From the NCBI RefSeq assembly GCF_964204645.1, contig NC_134031.1, positions 18,359,910-18,423,909 on the forward strand: a stretch of 64,000 nucleotides of DNA, written 5' to 3'. Both the position numbers and the translations under genes were made by a program. Numbering within the stretch: position 1 is the stretch's first letter; the number at the start of each line of letters is the position of its first letter. Of the stretch, positions 11,901-23,525 are shown in pieces. This DNA is from Tubulanus polymorphus. Lineage: Eukaryota; Animalia; Nemertea. The notes beneath the pieces were generated by a model. The model saw only the letters and a list, made by a program, of their open reading frames with translations, was not told where the DNA came from and ran no database searches.

Positions 11901-14900
11901 TTTTAAGGTTCCTCTGCCCCCCCCCCCACCAAAAATAAAATAAAATTCAAATGCTAGTTACAGCCCTGTAGTTCTTCATGGAAAATGAGAGAATGGAGAA
12001 ATGAAAAATTCACAGGACGGATACAAAATAGTGGAACAAAAAATGCCTGTAGAATGTTTTACTGATGAATCTTAATTTCTTTTTTGTATTTGACTTATTA
12101 TTAATTTCCCTTCTAAAAACTAACTTAAAACTTTGAGAGGACAAATAGGAAATTGCCCTAAAAATTCACCTATTTTATCCTTCAAATCCCTTCAAGATTC
12201 TAAGTAAACTGAACCCACTCCTTGACTGTATTTAGATTCTAAAGCCCGATGCAAACCAGAATAACTTTGAAATGACCAACTTGCTACCAGTTGTCAGAGA
12301 TGAACAGCTTTTAGATTTAGGATACAGCAATATTTTCTCGCCAGTACAACGGTTTCTTTTCGAAGATCAAATTCCGTAATTCGTTTCTGATTTCTTTTCC
12401 CGTCATCAGATACAAGTAGAGATTAAATGAATAATTTATCATCAAAATATCAGTGAAAACAGCGAAAATATTTTTCAATTCTGGATTTGTCCAGATAAAA
12501 GGACTGAGGATGAACGTCGGGAATGTTGTAACCATGAAGAAGGCGCATAGTAACAGAACCAACACGGTTACCTGGTTCGAGTATTTCGATGCTTGAGTTG
12601 CGTCCGATTTGCTTTTTTTCCTTAAAGTAATCGAAGTTATCGCGGACATAACGGTTAACGAAGTGAACGGACCAATAGAGATGACAAAAGACTTCACAAA
12701 TGTGGGCACATTCTTATAGCTACAACCGTTGTCACTAATATCAATGGTTACAAATAAAAAACTAAAGCTCAACGATAGGAAGCAGATTACGGAGAAACAA
12801 AGTTCAGAAGCTGTATTCGGGCTCCAAAAACGAGGACCTCTAAACGGAAAACAAACGACGCACATTCGCTCGGTAGCTACGAGGACCAGCGTCCACGGAC
12901 TGCTCGAGAGGCACAATGCAATAAAATACTCAAAACATATACATTGAACTCGTGTTGACGGTTTGATCAGTAATTTCCTGCCGTGAAATGTATAAGATAT
13001 AACGTTGATGTATTTCATCGAATGAATGAAGAGAACCAAAGTGTCGCAGACGGCTAGTTGAACGAACATACGACTGAAAGAACGTCGCCATAGTTTACGT
13101 CGCAGCATAACTATCACGATGAGCAGATTACCGGTGAATCCGAGAATAAAACAAAGACTGGTGAATAACAGGAAGAACCAGAGATAGGTTCCGTTTATCG
13201 TAGTTGCAACCAGTACGATGCCAGTATAGAAATTAGTGGTGTTTGAGCGATTCTCAAGAAGTGAAGTTGCAGCCATAGCGTCGACCAATCAGACTATACT
13301 CTCAATTACAGCTCACTGATTATTGAAACTATATCTAAAGTTATATAGATTTCACAAACATCCACGCCTTCCTTCATTTCTATACAGTACTCAACGTTGT
13401 GCAAAAGTAGTTTCTATTGCAAAATTGTAAAATATGCCCGTTGAAATATCATATTTGATGCTTCAAATCCGACAATATCGTTGATACACATCCAAAACTA
13501 ATGCACATCATTTTACAAATATCACATTTACACATATCAAACTCATATTTTACCCATATCAAACTATCACATTTACCCGTATCAAACTCAAATTTACACA
13601 TCAAACTATCATCATATTTTACCTAACTTACTACCCATATAATTCATATTTTACCAAAACTATCACATTTATCCCATATCAAACTATCATGTTTTACCAA
13701 CTATCACATTCAACTCGTATCAAACTAGAATTAGAACGTATTTTTAAATCTTTCATTATTCACCGTACTTCAGAATTTAGAATTAAATTAACTTTCCTTA
13801 TTTTCAGGTTACCCGACCGGTCACCCGGACTGCGACTCATTCGAAGACGATATCAAACATTTAAAGACGAAATGCGATGCCGGAGCTGATTTCATCATCA
13901 CTCAACTGTTTTTCGAAACAAAAACTTTCATCAAATTCGTCGATGTTTGTCGAAAAGCGGGAATTACGTGTCCGATCATTCCTGGCGTATTGCCAATACA
14001 GGTAAGCGCCATTACTTGTTTGATCATTCCTGGCGTATTGCCAATACAGGTGTTCCATTGGTCCTGGTGTATTGCCAATACAGATAAGCAAAAGTTGTTT
14101 GAATTGATGTTGTAGATTTCTCTCAACCATGGAGTTAATGGTTATAGTTTCAAAGCCATTGATAGCTTAAAGAGTGGTTAATAATACCTTGATTATGATA
14201 ACTGTCAAATGCAATGATTATCCTTATAAAAGAAAATAAATCATCATTATCAGAAAACATATATAGCTGCAAAGCAGCTATATTTGTATTGAGGAGAGAA
14301 TCCCACAATGATAATAAAAAGTCCGAAAATGAAACTTCGAGATCTTCAGGAATAATGAAGATGACTATTAGGATATAGTCGAAACGTTGAAATAAACTAC
14401 TATCTCGAAGTTTCATTTTCGGACTTATTATTATCATTGTGGGATTCTCTCCTCATCGCGTCAACACGGATATAGTGTTCTACCAATCGTGATATTTGTA
14501 TCATTCTTATCACGGGTATAATTTTTTTACAGGGTTATCAATCGTTGAGACATATCGTAAAACTATCGAAACTCCAAGTGCCGCAGGAGATCATTGACGC
14601 CATAGAACCAATAAAAGACAACGATGAAGCTATCCGTAACCTCGGTATCGATCTCTCCGTTAAAATGTGTCGCGACCTCCTGCAACAAAACTTCAACGGA
14701 ATTCATTTCTATACGCTGAACAGAGACGTCGCAACGGTTACCATATTAAAACAAATCGGACTGTGGAACCCGGAGATAAATCGGTCGTTACCGTGGAAAC
14801 AGACGGCACATCATCTGCGCACGGGCGAGGATGTGCGCCCGATATTCTGGGGCGTTCGCCCGAAGAGTTACGTGCACCGTACGAATCACTGGGAGGAATT

Positions 14901-17054
14901 CCCGAACGGACGGTGGGGTGATTCCTCGAATCCAGCGTTCGGTGACCTACACGATTATTATCTGTTCTATTTACAAAGTAAATCGTCGAAAGAACAACGT
15001 TTGAAAATGTGGGGCGAGAATTTGACGACCGAACGGGACGTGTGGGATGTGTTCTATCAGTACATAACGGGAACCCCGAATTCTAAAGGCGTCAAGGTAA
15101 AGACAAACAACAACAAATTAGCATACTACATTGATCTAGTTCCACAGTTCAGAATGAAAATTTTTTTAATTTGAAAAAAAAACTTATTTAAAACTGAGGC
15201 GAGCGCAACCTTACAAACTGCAGAACTATACTTAATACGGGGTTCAACTTGAATCTCTAATTAACCAGGAAACTCATTCCAGTGTTTAATACCCAGGACA
15301 CAGTTCTGACACAGTGTTATTAAGGTTATTTGACTCAAGAGTTAACTCCTTGAATTGAACTTATTTTAACCGAGAGTTACTCTGACTTACAACTGTGGAA
15401 CTTGATCCTGGTAGTCGGAACTGTTTACTCACCCATTGCTCAGTACTGGAGGCCAATTTTTATAGAATTTAATCTGAAGTTCGATATTTTTTGATTCCAG
15501 GTGAAGCGTATTCCGTGGCACGATGATGAAATCGCCCCGGAAACGAATAAAATCGTAGATAGACTCGGATGGTTGAACAAACGCGGAGTTCTAACAATCA
15601 ACTCGCAGCCGTCTGTAAACTGTTGCCCGTCAACGGATCCCGTGCACGGCTGGGGAAGCCCCGGTGGCTACGTCTTTCAGAAAGCGTACCTAGAATTCTT
15701 TACGTCCAAGCAGAATATCACCTACCTGAAAGAGGTTCTCGCTTTGCCAGAATACGAGCAGAGAGTCAATTATCACATTGTCTGTAAATGTGTAAGTTTT
15801 CTATTCAATTCAGTTTGTCAAAGCTTTATTTCATTTGTAATGAGAATATTTTGTAGCTTTGGGACTGTTGTAAATATTTCAACCAGCGAAATAGAAAGTT
15901 TTTCCAAATAAAATTTATTTCGAAATTCACCTAAAACTTGAGGGGGGTTACTGGTACTGAATAAGGAGGCATCTATTGTATCACTATTCATTTCACGTAT
16001 TCAAGTCATTTTTCATTTCTTGTAAATTGAATGATTAAATTTCTCTTACAGGGAGAAGTAGATTACACAAACTGTGATGAGCTGCGACCCGTTGCTGTAA
16101 CGTGGGGAGTTTTTCCAGGCAAAGAAATCGTGCAGCCAACCGTTGTAGACCCGGTCTCATTCCGAACATGGAAGGTAAAATATCTTAATTCCGATTCCAC
16201 TCTGGTTCCAGGGCCGAGAGCCAAAAATCTGAGTTCAGATTTGAGTCTACAGTTCCACAGTTGTGAGTTAGAGTTCAGGATCGAGTTCCACGGGAATGAG
16301 ATAGTTAACTCACTCAGTTAGAATTAGTCTACTTTCAATGAGTCAAATCTGAACTCACAACTGTCGGACTGGATCCACTTTTTAAAATTTTGTCTCATTA
16401 GCCACGAATCATATGATTTCTGGTGAAGGTTATGAATAAGATAGATTTCTGTCAAAATTTAAACCCACTCAAGGCGATTTGTCCATTTAAAATTGTTCGC
16501 TTCAATTTATTCCAAAACAAATCATATATTTGTAGGATGAAGCATTTGGTTTATGGAGAGAACAATGGGCGAAGTTATATGAACCGAACTCGGAGTCTCA
16601 CGGTGTTATTATGGATATCCTTGACAGATATTACTTAGTGAATCTAGTCGATAATGAATTCCCGAAAGAGAATTGTTTGTGGTCAGTCGTTGAGGAGATG
16701 TTGAAACGCAAAGAAGCCGCACATCCCGAAGGTATGAGTGACTCAAATTTGGTGCCACAAGGAATCATATATATAGGGTATAAGATATAAGAACATTTTT
16801 GCCATGAATCCAAAGCTTAGGTTGAATTTTTAAAATGTTTCTAAGAAAATTCTCATACTTGTTGATCTGGTCCTGTCCAATACTGCACTGGTGGTGACTT
16901 AAGTTACATGAACAAAGCAGACAAAACAAACAAAACCTGTCCAATGACTGGGGAGTTGCTCAAATGTTCGTTAAATACAGATCCATGACATTTTCCATTT
17001 GGTTTATCTTCAGTTCCGTGTGAAAATGGAGAACTGGAAGAAGTGAGCAACTGA
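8977..17054 (+). CDS. MTHFR: Methylenetetrahydrofolate reductase (catalytic TIM barrel plus SAM-binding regulatory domain)
   Basis: Coding exons 8977-9215, 9943-10181, 11351-11467, 13808-14001, 14533-15096, 15501-15791, 16052-16174, 16536-16731, 17014-17054 (TGA). Motifs: [84 protein letters not shown]. Ser-rich N-terminus; AATAAA at 18131. Confidence 0.97.
10220..10454. mobile_element. Tc1/mariner-type MITE (TA-CAGT...ACTG-TA)
   Basis: Ends TAcagtcaaagttc and ggacttttactgTA. A similar element lies at about 47184-47408. Confidence 0.55.
12317..13276 (-). CDS. Intronless class A (rhodopsin-like) GPCR, FMRFamide-receptor/chemoreceptor-like, nested antisense in an MTHFR intron
   Basis: 319-aa ORF from ATG 13276 with seven hydrophobic segments. 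TM1 GFTGN, TM2 LAVCD, TM3 [11 protein letters not shown]6 [10 protein letters not shown]7 NYSFNLYLY; N-terminal N-glycosylation sequons NRS and NTT. Confidence 0.88.
   Translation of the reverse strand: MAATSLLENRSNTTNFYTGIVLVATTINGTYLWFFLLFTSLCFILGFTGNLLIVIVMLRRKLWRRSFSRMFVQLAVCDTLVLFIHSMKYINVISYTFHGRKLLIKPSTRVQCICFEYFIALCLSSSPWTLVLVATERMCVVCFPFRGPRFWSPNTASELCFSVICFLSLSFSFLFVTIDISDNGCSYKNVPTFVKSFVISIGPFTSLTVMSAITSITLRKKSKSDATQASKYSNQVTVLVLLLCAFFMVTTFPTFILSPFIWTNPELKNIFAVFTDILMINYSFNLYLYLMTGKEIRNELRNLIFEKKPLYWRENIAVS
13500..13730. repeat. Degenerate minisatellite (ATCAAACTATCACATTTTACCCAT-like units)
   Basis: About 8-9 imperfect copies visible in tandem, directly upstream of the nested GPCR. 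Confidence 0.8.
14290..14455. mobile_element. Inverted-repeat element (about 55-bp arms) with a degenerate hammerhead-like core in its loop
   Basis: tgaggagagaatcccacaatgataataa..gtccgaaaatgaaacttcgagat is nearly perfectly complementary to atctcgaagtttcattttcggac..ttattatcattgtgggattctctcctca. Confidence 0.8.
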
Positions 17055-17335
17055 TTTGAGACCTTTGCGCAGACGTGAAAACTGTGTACGGTATTTACTG
17101 GATGTTCGTCACGTGAATGCAACCGTTCCAAACAGAATGAATAGACGACACTCACTCCTTTGTAGTGCTGTTGCTATTCTTCTCGTGTTTGATGTTGTCG
17201 ACTACCATATAATGGAGACAGAAATTTTACGTTGTATTTACCGAAAGTCTTATGGTGTATACATAACACTTAGGAGCCGGTTCGAGGTTTGTGAAATAAG
17301 ACTTGAGGGTTTTAAATGAACTTATTTTCACTATT

Positions 17336-17522
17336 TAACCCTTACAGTGCGTCTACACCGCAGTGCAGTGTATAGAATCAGTGTCTGACATTTGCTAGTA
17401 CACCACATCACGGTGTATTTATGTAATTATTATCTGTAGATGGCAGCATTTGTTTAACATAGTGAAATATTAGTAACTAATAACGATACACTGCACCGCG
17501 GTGTAGATGCACTTAAGCGGTA
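17336..17522. mobile_element. MITE-like inverted repeat in the MTHFR 3' UTR
   Basis: agtgcgtctacaccgcagtgcagtgtat pairs with atacactgcaccgcggtgtagatgcact. The left end TTAA-CCC is piggyBac-like. Confidence 0.7.
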
Positions 17523-20479
17523 TTCCTGTTATTCAACACACAGGTGGATTTTTAAAATAAATTTTAACATCATCTCCAGCACTTTCTGGTATTAATTGGT
17601 GTGCACTGAAATGGTTCAAACAATTATAGAAATCGCATTTCAAATTTTTAACTCTAATACTAACCGTGTTAGTGGTTATTTGTATAACTACCGGTGATTC
17701 TATAATCTCAAATGTGCTCTGATTCTCGATTTCTTAAATCGGATTTTACAACATTTTGTGATATATTTAAAGACGAATATATGTGCTATGTATAAAATAA
17801 CATCTTCGCAAAAACTTTTCTCATTAGAACAAACAAAATCTTTTTGTATAAACGACATCTTGATATGAAAGCTTTGTAAAAATAGGTACCTATTTATTTT
17901 CCAGATTTTATTAATTTCATGTGATAATAAGATAATAACAATGAATGTGGAGAAGCTGTTCCACTTGGTGGATAATTCCACTCGGCATTCAATTCTGTGA
18001 TAAGTCATCATTAATCGGCATGATAGTGAATATTGTGAAAGGTATGAAACACCTTTGGTTTGAATGTGGTTGTTTGATGAATTATTACACCACATATATA
18101 TGAAATCTTGTACTCTTGTTTTGAAACGACAATAAAAGATAATGTAGTCAATATTTTATCTAAAATAATATCAGTTTTGGTTTTTTCATGTTAGGGAATT
18201 CTAGTACAATGTGGGCTGCTGCAAACTTCTATACTGGTACACCACAACCCTACCAGGCATTTTCAAGGACAATTATTTATTCTAAGAGGAAAATTATTAC
18301 AGATGAAAAAAGAATCATGCAGTCATTACTTGGACACAAAATTCGAACAATAGACCTCCAGGAATTTCTAAGGGTGGTTACTATTCCAAATAAAGGCCGG
18401 TGCCTAATAAGAGTGCGCCCACACGCAGACTACTCGCTCTGTAAAACAATCATGCCGATATAGCTACGATCCTAATACATCCACTTTTCGGGGATCTATT
18501 ACGATCTTTATCGCTTTTTATTGCAACAGAATTGCTTTATGATGACAGCTATCGGGAGATAAAGCTAGTCAGCAGCCATAATATATCAAGTCATTTTAAA
18601 TTGCTCGGGGTGTGACAAGATGGTCAAGTCAGCCAATCACTGATCGCTGTTCTATCTAAACCACAAATTTCTTTAATAAGTTCATAAATAGACCAGCACT
18701 GACCAATTCAAACTTCTCAAACATGAGAACGATATACCGCGTTTAGTGTCAGACTAAAAAGGATTCACCATTGTTAATTCATAAATCGACTACACTGACC
18801 AATTCAAACTTCTCGAATATGAGAAAGAGCCACCACAAGCGATAAAAGTCAATATTATACTCATGGTAGAAACAACGATGAAATAATAAACAAAGCAGGG
18901 CCAAGCCCAAAAACTTCACGAAACGATTGAAGGTTTTAACGTGAATCATATTTATTTTCACACAACAATTATAGAAAATGCCAGATAACGTGCTTAAGGA
19001 ATAATAATGTAAGTTCCTCAACTACGATGACTGTATTTCAAAAATGACCAACCATAATGGACGTATAAACTATAAACTAAGACAATTTACTAATGTTCAT
19101 ATATCCTCATTTATCAAACTCTACTCTATTCTACGATAGGACCTTAATTAAATCGCTATCACATGAACCACTGAATTCTATACAACGGTGAAAAAGTTGC
19201 TACAAACTAAACTATTAACAATTGAAGAGTAATAACATAATGATGAACATGTATGTCGCTAAATGACAGGTATTATACTCAAAGAATTTATCGTATAAGT
19301 TCCTCATGAAGAACAAACACGTGAACTGTATTGCAAAAAAGAACAGTTCAACATAAAAGCATTAAACTAGCGATAAAACCTACGAATTCACTATAATTTT
19401 TCCTAATTGCATTGTCCTAATTAACATTTTACAGACATTATCACTTCACTTGAAATATTATTCTGACATTTTTTCTTCCAGCTTTAGAAAACATTAAATA
19501 ATTATACTTTCAATAAATAATCAACAATGATATCAGTAATTCAAGTTTATAACTGTTTTACATTCGTGTAAATTGTACCAATCACATTTTATTCAACAGA
19601 GTACCCCTAAAACAATCAATAGTTATAACATTCTCGATTTAGTTTAGGTCTATGATTATTTGTTTCGTTTATTACTAACTGAGTAACTGAGTTGATAGAA
19701 TGCTTTAATGATAACAAAAGATCACAAGTTGTTGGCATACTTGGAGAAGGTTATTCTATGAATGAAGAACCTTATTGACAAAATACGTTGATTGATATAT
19801 GAAACCCATAAAGTTTAGTACTGATCTCTAAAACATCATTGAAGTCCAAAACAAGAATACTACACATATCAACTTTTTTTATTTAAAGACTGCAAAAACC
19901 AATTCATCCAATCATGGCAGGCTGAACTGGAGAACAGATTTATATGTCATTATCACAAATCATTCAAAGCTATGCTCAACTAAGTATAAAAATTATTTGA
20001 ACTTAAGTTCACAATATCATGTTGATATTATATCTCAGTTAAGGTGCAACTCAACCAACCTATGAGTCTAAACCAGGCGGTGGATGCGATCATCTAAACA
20101 GCGTCACCAACCCGACTAATCTATCTGGGAACAAAGATCAAGATCATGCAGCGAAGATGAAACTAAGAAGGAACTTTCATTCAGATTATAAAACAGAATG
20201 ACTGTATACAAATTCATCAGTCTTCTCGAAAACAGTTCACCCAATCAATATAAAGTATTTGGATGCGATTTTATTGAAATATTCAAACGTAGATAGTTCC
20301 TTCTAAGACCACAGGCCCCTTATTATCCTAACTTAAATTTCATTAGATAATTCATACTCTGATCTACCACTACAAGTAGACTAATCTGGTAGATTTTGTG
20401 AGCTACATTTCTGACTAGACCAGTTTGTACAAGTGTGAAGTGTAAAATAAATCATTACTTTACTATACTTTGAAGTCCA

Positions 20480-20770
20480 TTATTGTCTCTGTTGCTCCTT
20501 AGTGTTTATAAGATTCACTAGCTGCTCCTGAGTCGGTGTTTATACAATTCCCTAGCTGCTCATCAATGGTTTTTAAGAGGCACTAGCTGCTCCCCGAGTG
20601 TTTTTAAATGATTCACTAGCTGCACCTCAAGTGTTTATAAGATACACTATTGTCTCTGCTGCTCCTTGATCAGTGTTTTTAAGATGCGCTATTGTCCATG
20701 CTGCTCCTCGAGTGTTTATAAGATCCGCTACTGTTGCTCCTGAATCATAATGTTTGTAGAAATCCACCAT
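20480..20770. repeat. Tandem array of about 8 degenerate 30-40 bp units (CTAGCTGCTCC..AGTGTTTATAAGAT)
   Basis: Recurrent gctgctc and tgttt(a/t)ta motifs seen directly. Confidence 0.85.
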
Positions 20771-22227
20771 CTTGTTGAAGATATCCATCATTGGGTGGTA
20801 ACTCGCCGCTGCTGGCTCAACAACTTCTCATCTGGACATCTGCAGTTTTCATCGGCATCAGTAGTCGTCTACTTTTGGTTGTCGTTTACCAATCGAAGAC
20901 CATTATTTCCAGGATAGAGTTAAGCTGAAATAAGAAAAAAGAACATCCTTTGAGGCAGACCATACTAACAAGCATTGATTATAATTTACACGTTAATTTG
21001 AATTATACGGGCTGCCATGTTTTTTGTAGGGGAAAAAATTCATCGAAATTGATTGCGGCTTAAAACCACAATAATTAATAGTAGTTCAGCAACATTAATA
21101 CACCACTGATTAAGACTAGTGACAATAGAATATGAGGCTGGATATAAGATCAGCCGTGCGGACCGTTACATGAAAATTAAACAATATAGGTGAGGTCTGA
21201 TGTCTATACTAGAATAATTTCAGATCATTTTAATTCATCTTTATGTTAGATATTTAAACAATCGGTTGATTATTGAGCTATATAGCTATAGTTTTAGCTA
21301 TAGTTTGTTTTGGCAATTTGACTGCCTATATCCTAGTAATTACCTAGATTTTAATTGTCAGCTAAACAATATTCCTATTATCAAATTAACTTTATTGTCG
21401 GTTAATGATGACACTTGATTCGCCGAGAAATTCATTAATGAAAATGGTAAAACAGCACACAACATGTGGTGTAAAGTATTACCGGTACCTCATTCTTTAA
21501 AAAAGTGTCAATATATTATTTGCAAAAATAATCTATTAACCGACGATCAAGTTTAATTGATAAATAATATATGTATGACTAGTTTATAACTGTCTCATCT
21601 TAACAAGTAAACTTTGCCTGCATGTATACTTTAGTAAGCCCTGAAATATCTACCAATAATTTGGTATCCAACTTTATTAGAATCATAGTTAATTTCTAAG
21701 TAATTGGTCAATTAGAATATTTTCCTATTTATATTTTCATTGTTGAGGCGCGAAATATCTATACTAGAAAATATTTTGATATTCCTAAGATACTTATCGT
21801 ACATATCTTAAGAAAAATCTGATGATTAATATTAACTGGCCTACACATCAATACTCAGCCAAGAATATTCATATGAGACCTAACGAGTAATATTAGAGCA
21901 ATGATTGTTTTAGATTTCAACTCATTAATAACCATCTACCGGCCACAGAGTTTCAATCTTCAATCAGTTTATAGCCAAATTGAGAAAATTGAGAACTTCA
22001 CCAGCGTCTCTGTTCTCTCCAGTGCTATACACATCCTGCCCTTGATGCTAACCCAGTAATGAAAAATCAACTTAGCTTTTTATCAAGACTGCCAAGTTCA
22101 GTTTCGAAAGGTCTCTTGGTGTCTTGTTGATGAGTTTAATTCAAGCTGTAGTCGGTGGTCTCTTCTGGTCGGTAGGATCTAGATGGCTAATGTATCTCAT
22201 GCTGAGGCTTTCCAGATTCATGTTAAG

Positions 22228-22708
22228 CTGAAATGAGATAAAGAATGACATTCTGTAATTACACAATTCTTTGATTAATTGTAATTGACATGTGTATCAA
22301 CTTAACTTAGCATCCTTTTTTCATCGTCCTATGGTGTCTCCGTCATCTTCTTAATCATGGTGATGGGCCAGTTCAGATTAAGTTTACCTGAAATAGTAAA
22401 AAAAGACATTTCTGTAGTCACACAATCCTTTGATTAATTGTAATTGACATGTGTATCAACTTAACTTTCTTAGAATTGCCGAGCATCCTTTTTTCATCGT
22501 CCTATGGTGTCTCCGTTATCTTCTTAATCATGCCGGGCCTGTTCAGATTAAGTTTACCTGAAATCAGAATAAGAACAACATTCTGTAGTTACACAATTCT
22601 TTGACTAATTGTAATTTACATGTGTATCAACTTAACTTTCTCAAGATTGCCGAGTTCAGTATCGTCATCTTCTGTCCTCTTGGGGCATCGTCGTCTTCTG
22701 GGGGAGTC
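22228..22708. repeat. Three tandem ~160-170 bp exon+intron duplications
   Basis: Near-identical 78-79 bp segments at 22228-22306, 22388-22465 and 22558-22636 (cacaattctttgattaattgtaattgacatgtgtatcaacttaac), separated by related exon-like segments. Confidence 0.9.
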
Positions 22709-22745
22709 CTGAAACGAAAAAAAAAGAACAGAGATGAAAACCTGA

Positions 22746-22985
22746 TACGGAACAAAACTAATGTCCCAAAGCGCCAGCTGTCCTTCGCCGGTCATGTGCG
22801 GAGGATGCCAGAAAAAGAGTCAGCCAGGGATTCGCTGCCCTCTACATGCCCTCACACAGAACGCGAAAACCAAGACGACAACCGCTTCAAAATCACCATC
22901 TAACTACAGGATGTCCTAAGCGACGTCAGTAACTGACAAACCTATCAGATTGCACAACACTAAAATAGCGCAGTACAACCAAATT
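22746..22985 (+). mobile_element. Decayed 3' fragment of a non-LTR retrotransposon ORF2 (RTE-like), arm A of an inverted pair
   Basis: Translation KRQLSFAGHVRRMPEKE..(frameshift)..ALYMPSHRTRKPRRQ resembles the R-L-F/W-AGHV-RM..P-G-R-RGRP C-terminus of RTE-type ORF2. Recognised by pattern, not searched. Confidence 0.6.
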
Positions 22986-23009
22986 GACCGGGTTGAGATT
23001 CAAGATCTC

Positions 23010-23290
23010 AACTAGCACTCAAAAGCGTGACAAGAGACTTCATCCACTGACCGAGGTTGTCACAAGGACACAATGAAACCAGCACTCACAAGCCGACAAG
23101 AGACTTCATCTCTGACCGAGGTTGTCACAAGGACACAATGAAAACTAGCACTCAAACTAGAAATCAAAGAGCGCGACAGTAGAATCATCCCTCAGCCGAC
23201 TCAGAATACCAGAAACAAAGAGCGTGACAGTAGAATCATCCCTCATCCGAGCGGTCACAAGGACACAATGAATACTAGTAGCGTGACAGT
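23010..23290. repeat. Tandem ~55-65 bp repeats forming the spacer of the inverted repeat
   Basis: gacaagagacttcatc..ctgaccgaggttgtcacaaggacacaatgaa occurs twice, followed by two diverged gacagtagaatcatccctca units. Confidence 0.85.
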
Positions 23291-23525
23291 CCAGTATAAC
23301 CACTCCATTTTAACCCTGTGCAATCCAACAGATATGCCCATCATTGACATCACTCAGCACTCTCTGCAGTGAGATGTTGAAGTGAAGCAGTTGTCGTCCT
23401 GGTTTTCGTGTTCCGTATGAAGGCGTGTAGAAGGCAGCATTTCCTGACCGACTTTTTTTCTGACATCCTCCACACGTGACCAGCGAAGGAGAGCTGATGC
23501 TTTTGGACATTAGTTTTGTTCCATA
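23288..23525 (-). mobile_element. Decayed RTE-like ORF2 3' fragment, arm B (inverted copy of 22746-22985)
   Basis: QKHQLSFAGHVWRMSEKK..FYTPSYGTRKPGRQ. Aligns by eye with arm A over about 235 bp and starts at the same point. Confidence 0.6.

Noticed and set aside
23047-23135. CTGACCGAG...GAAAC in the spacer repeats resembling a hammerhead core
   Set aside because: Extra nucleotide in the core, no closing G-C for stem II, and no stem III/UH.
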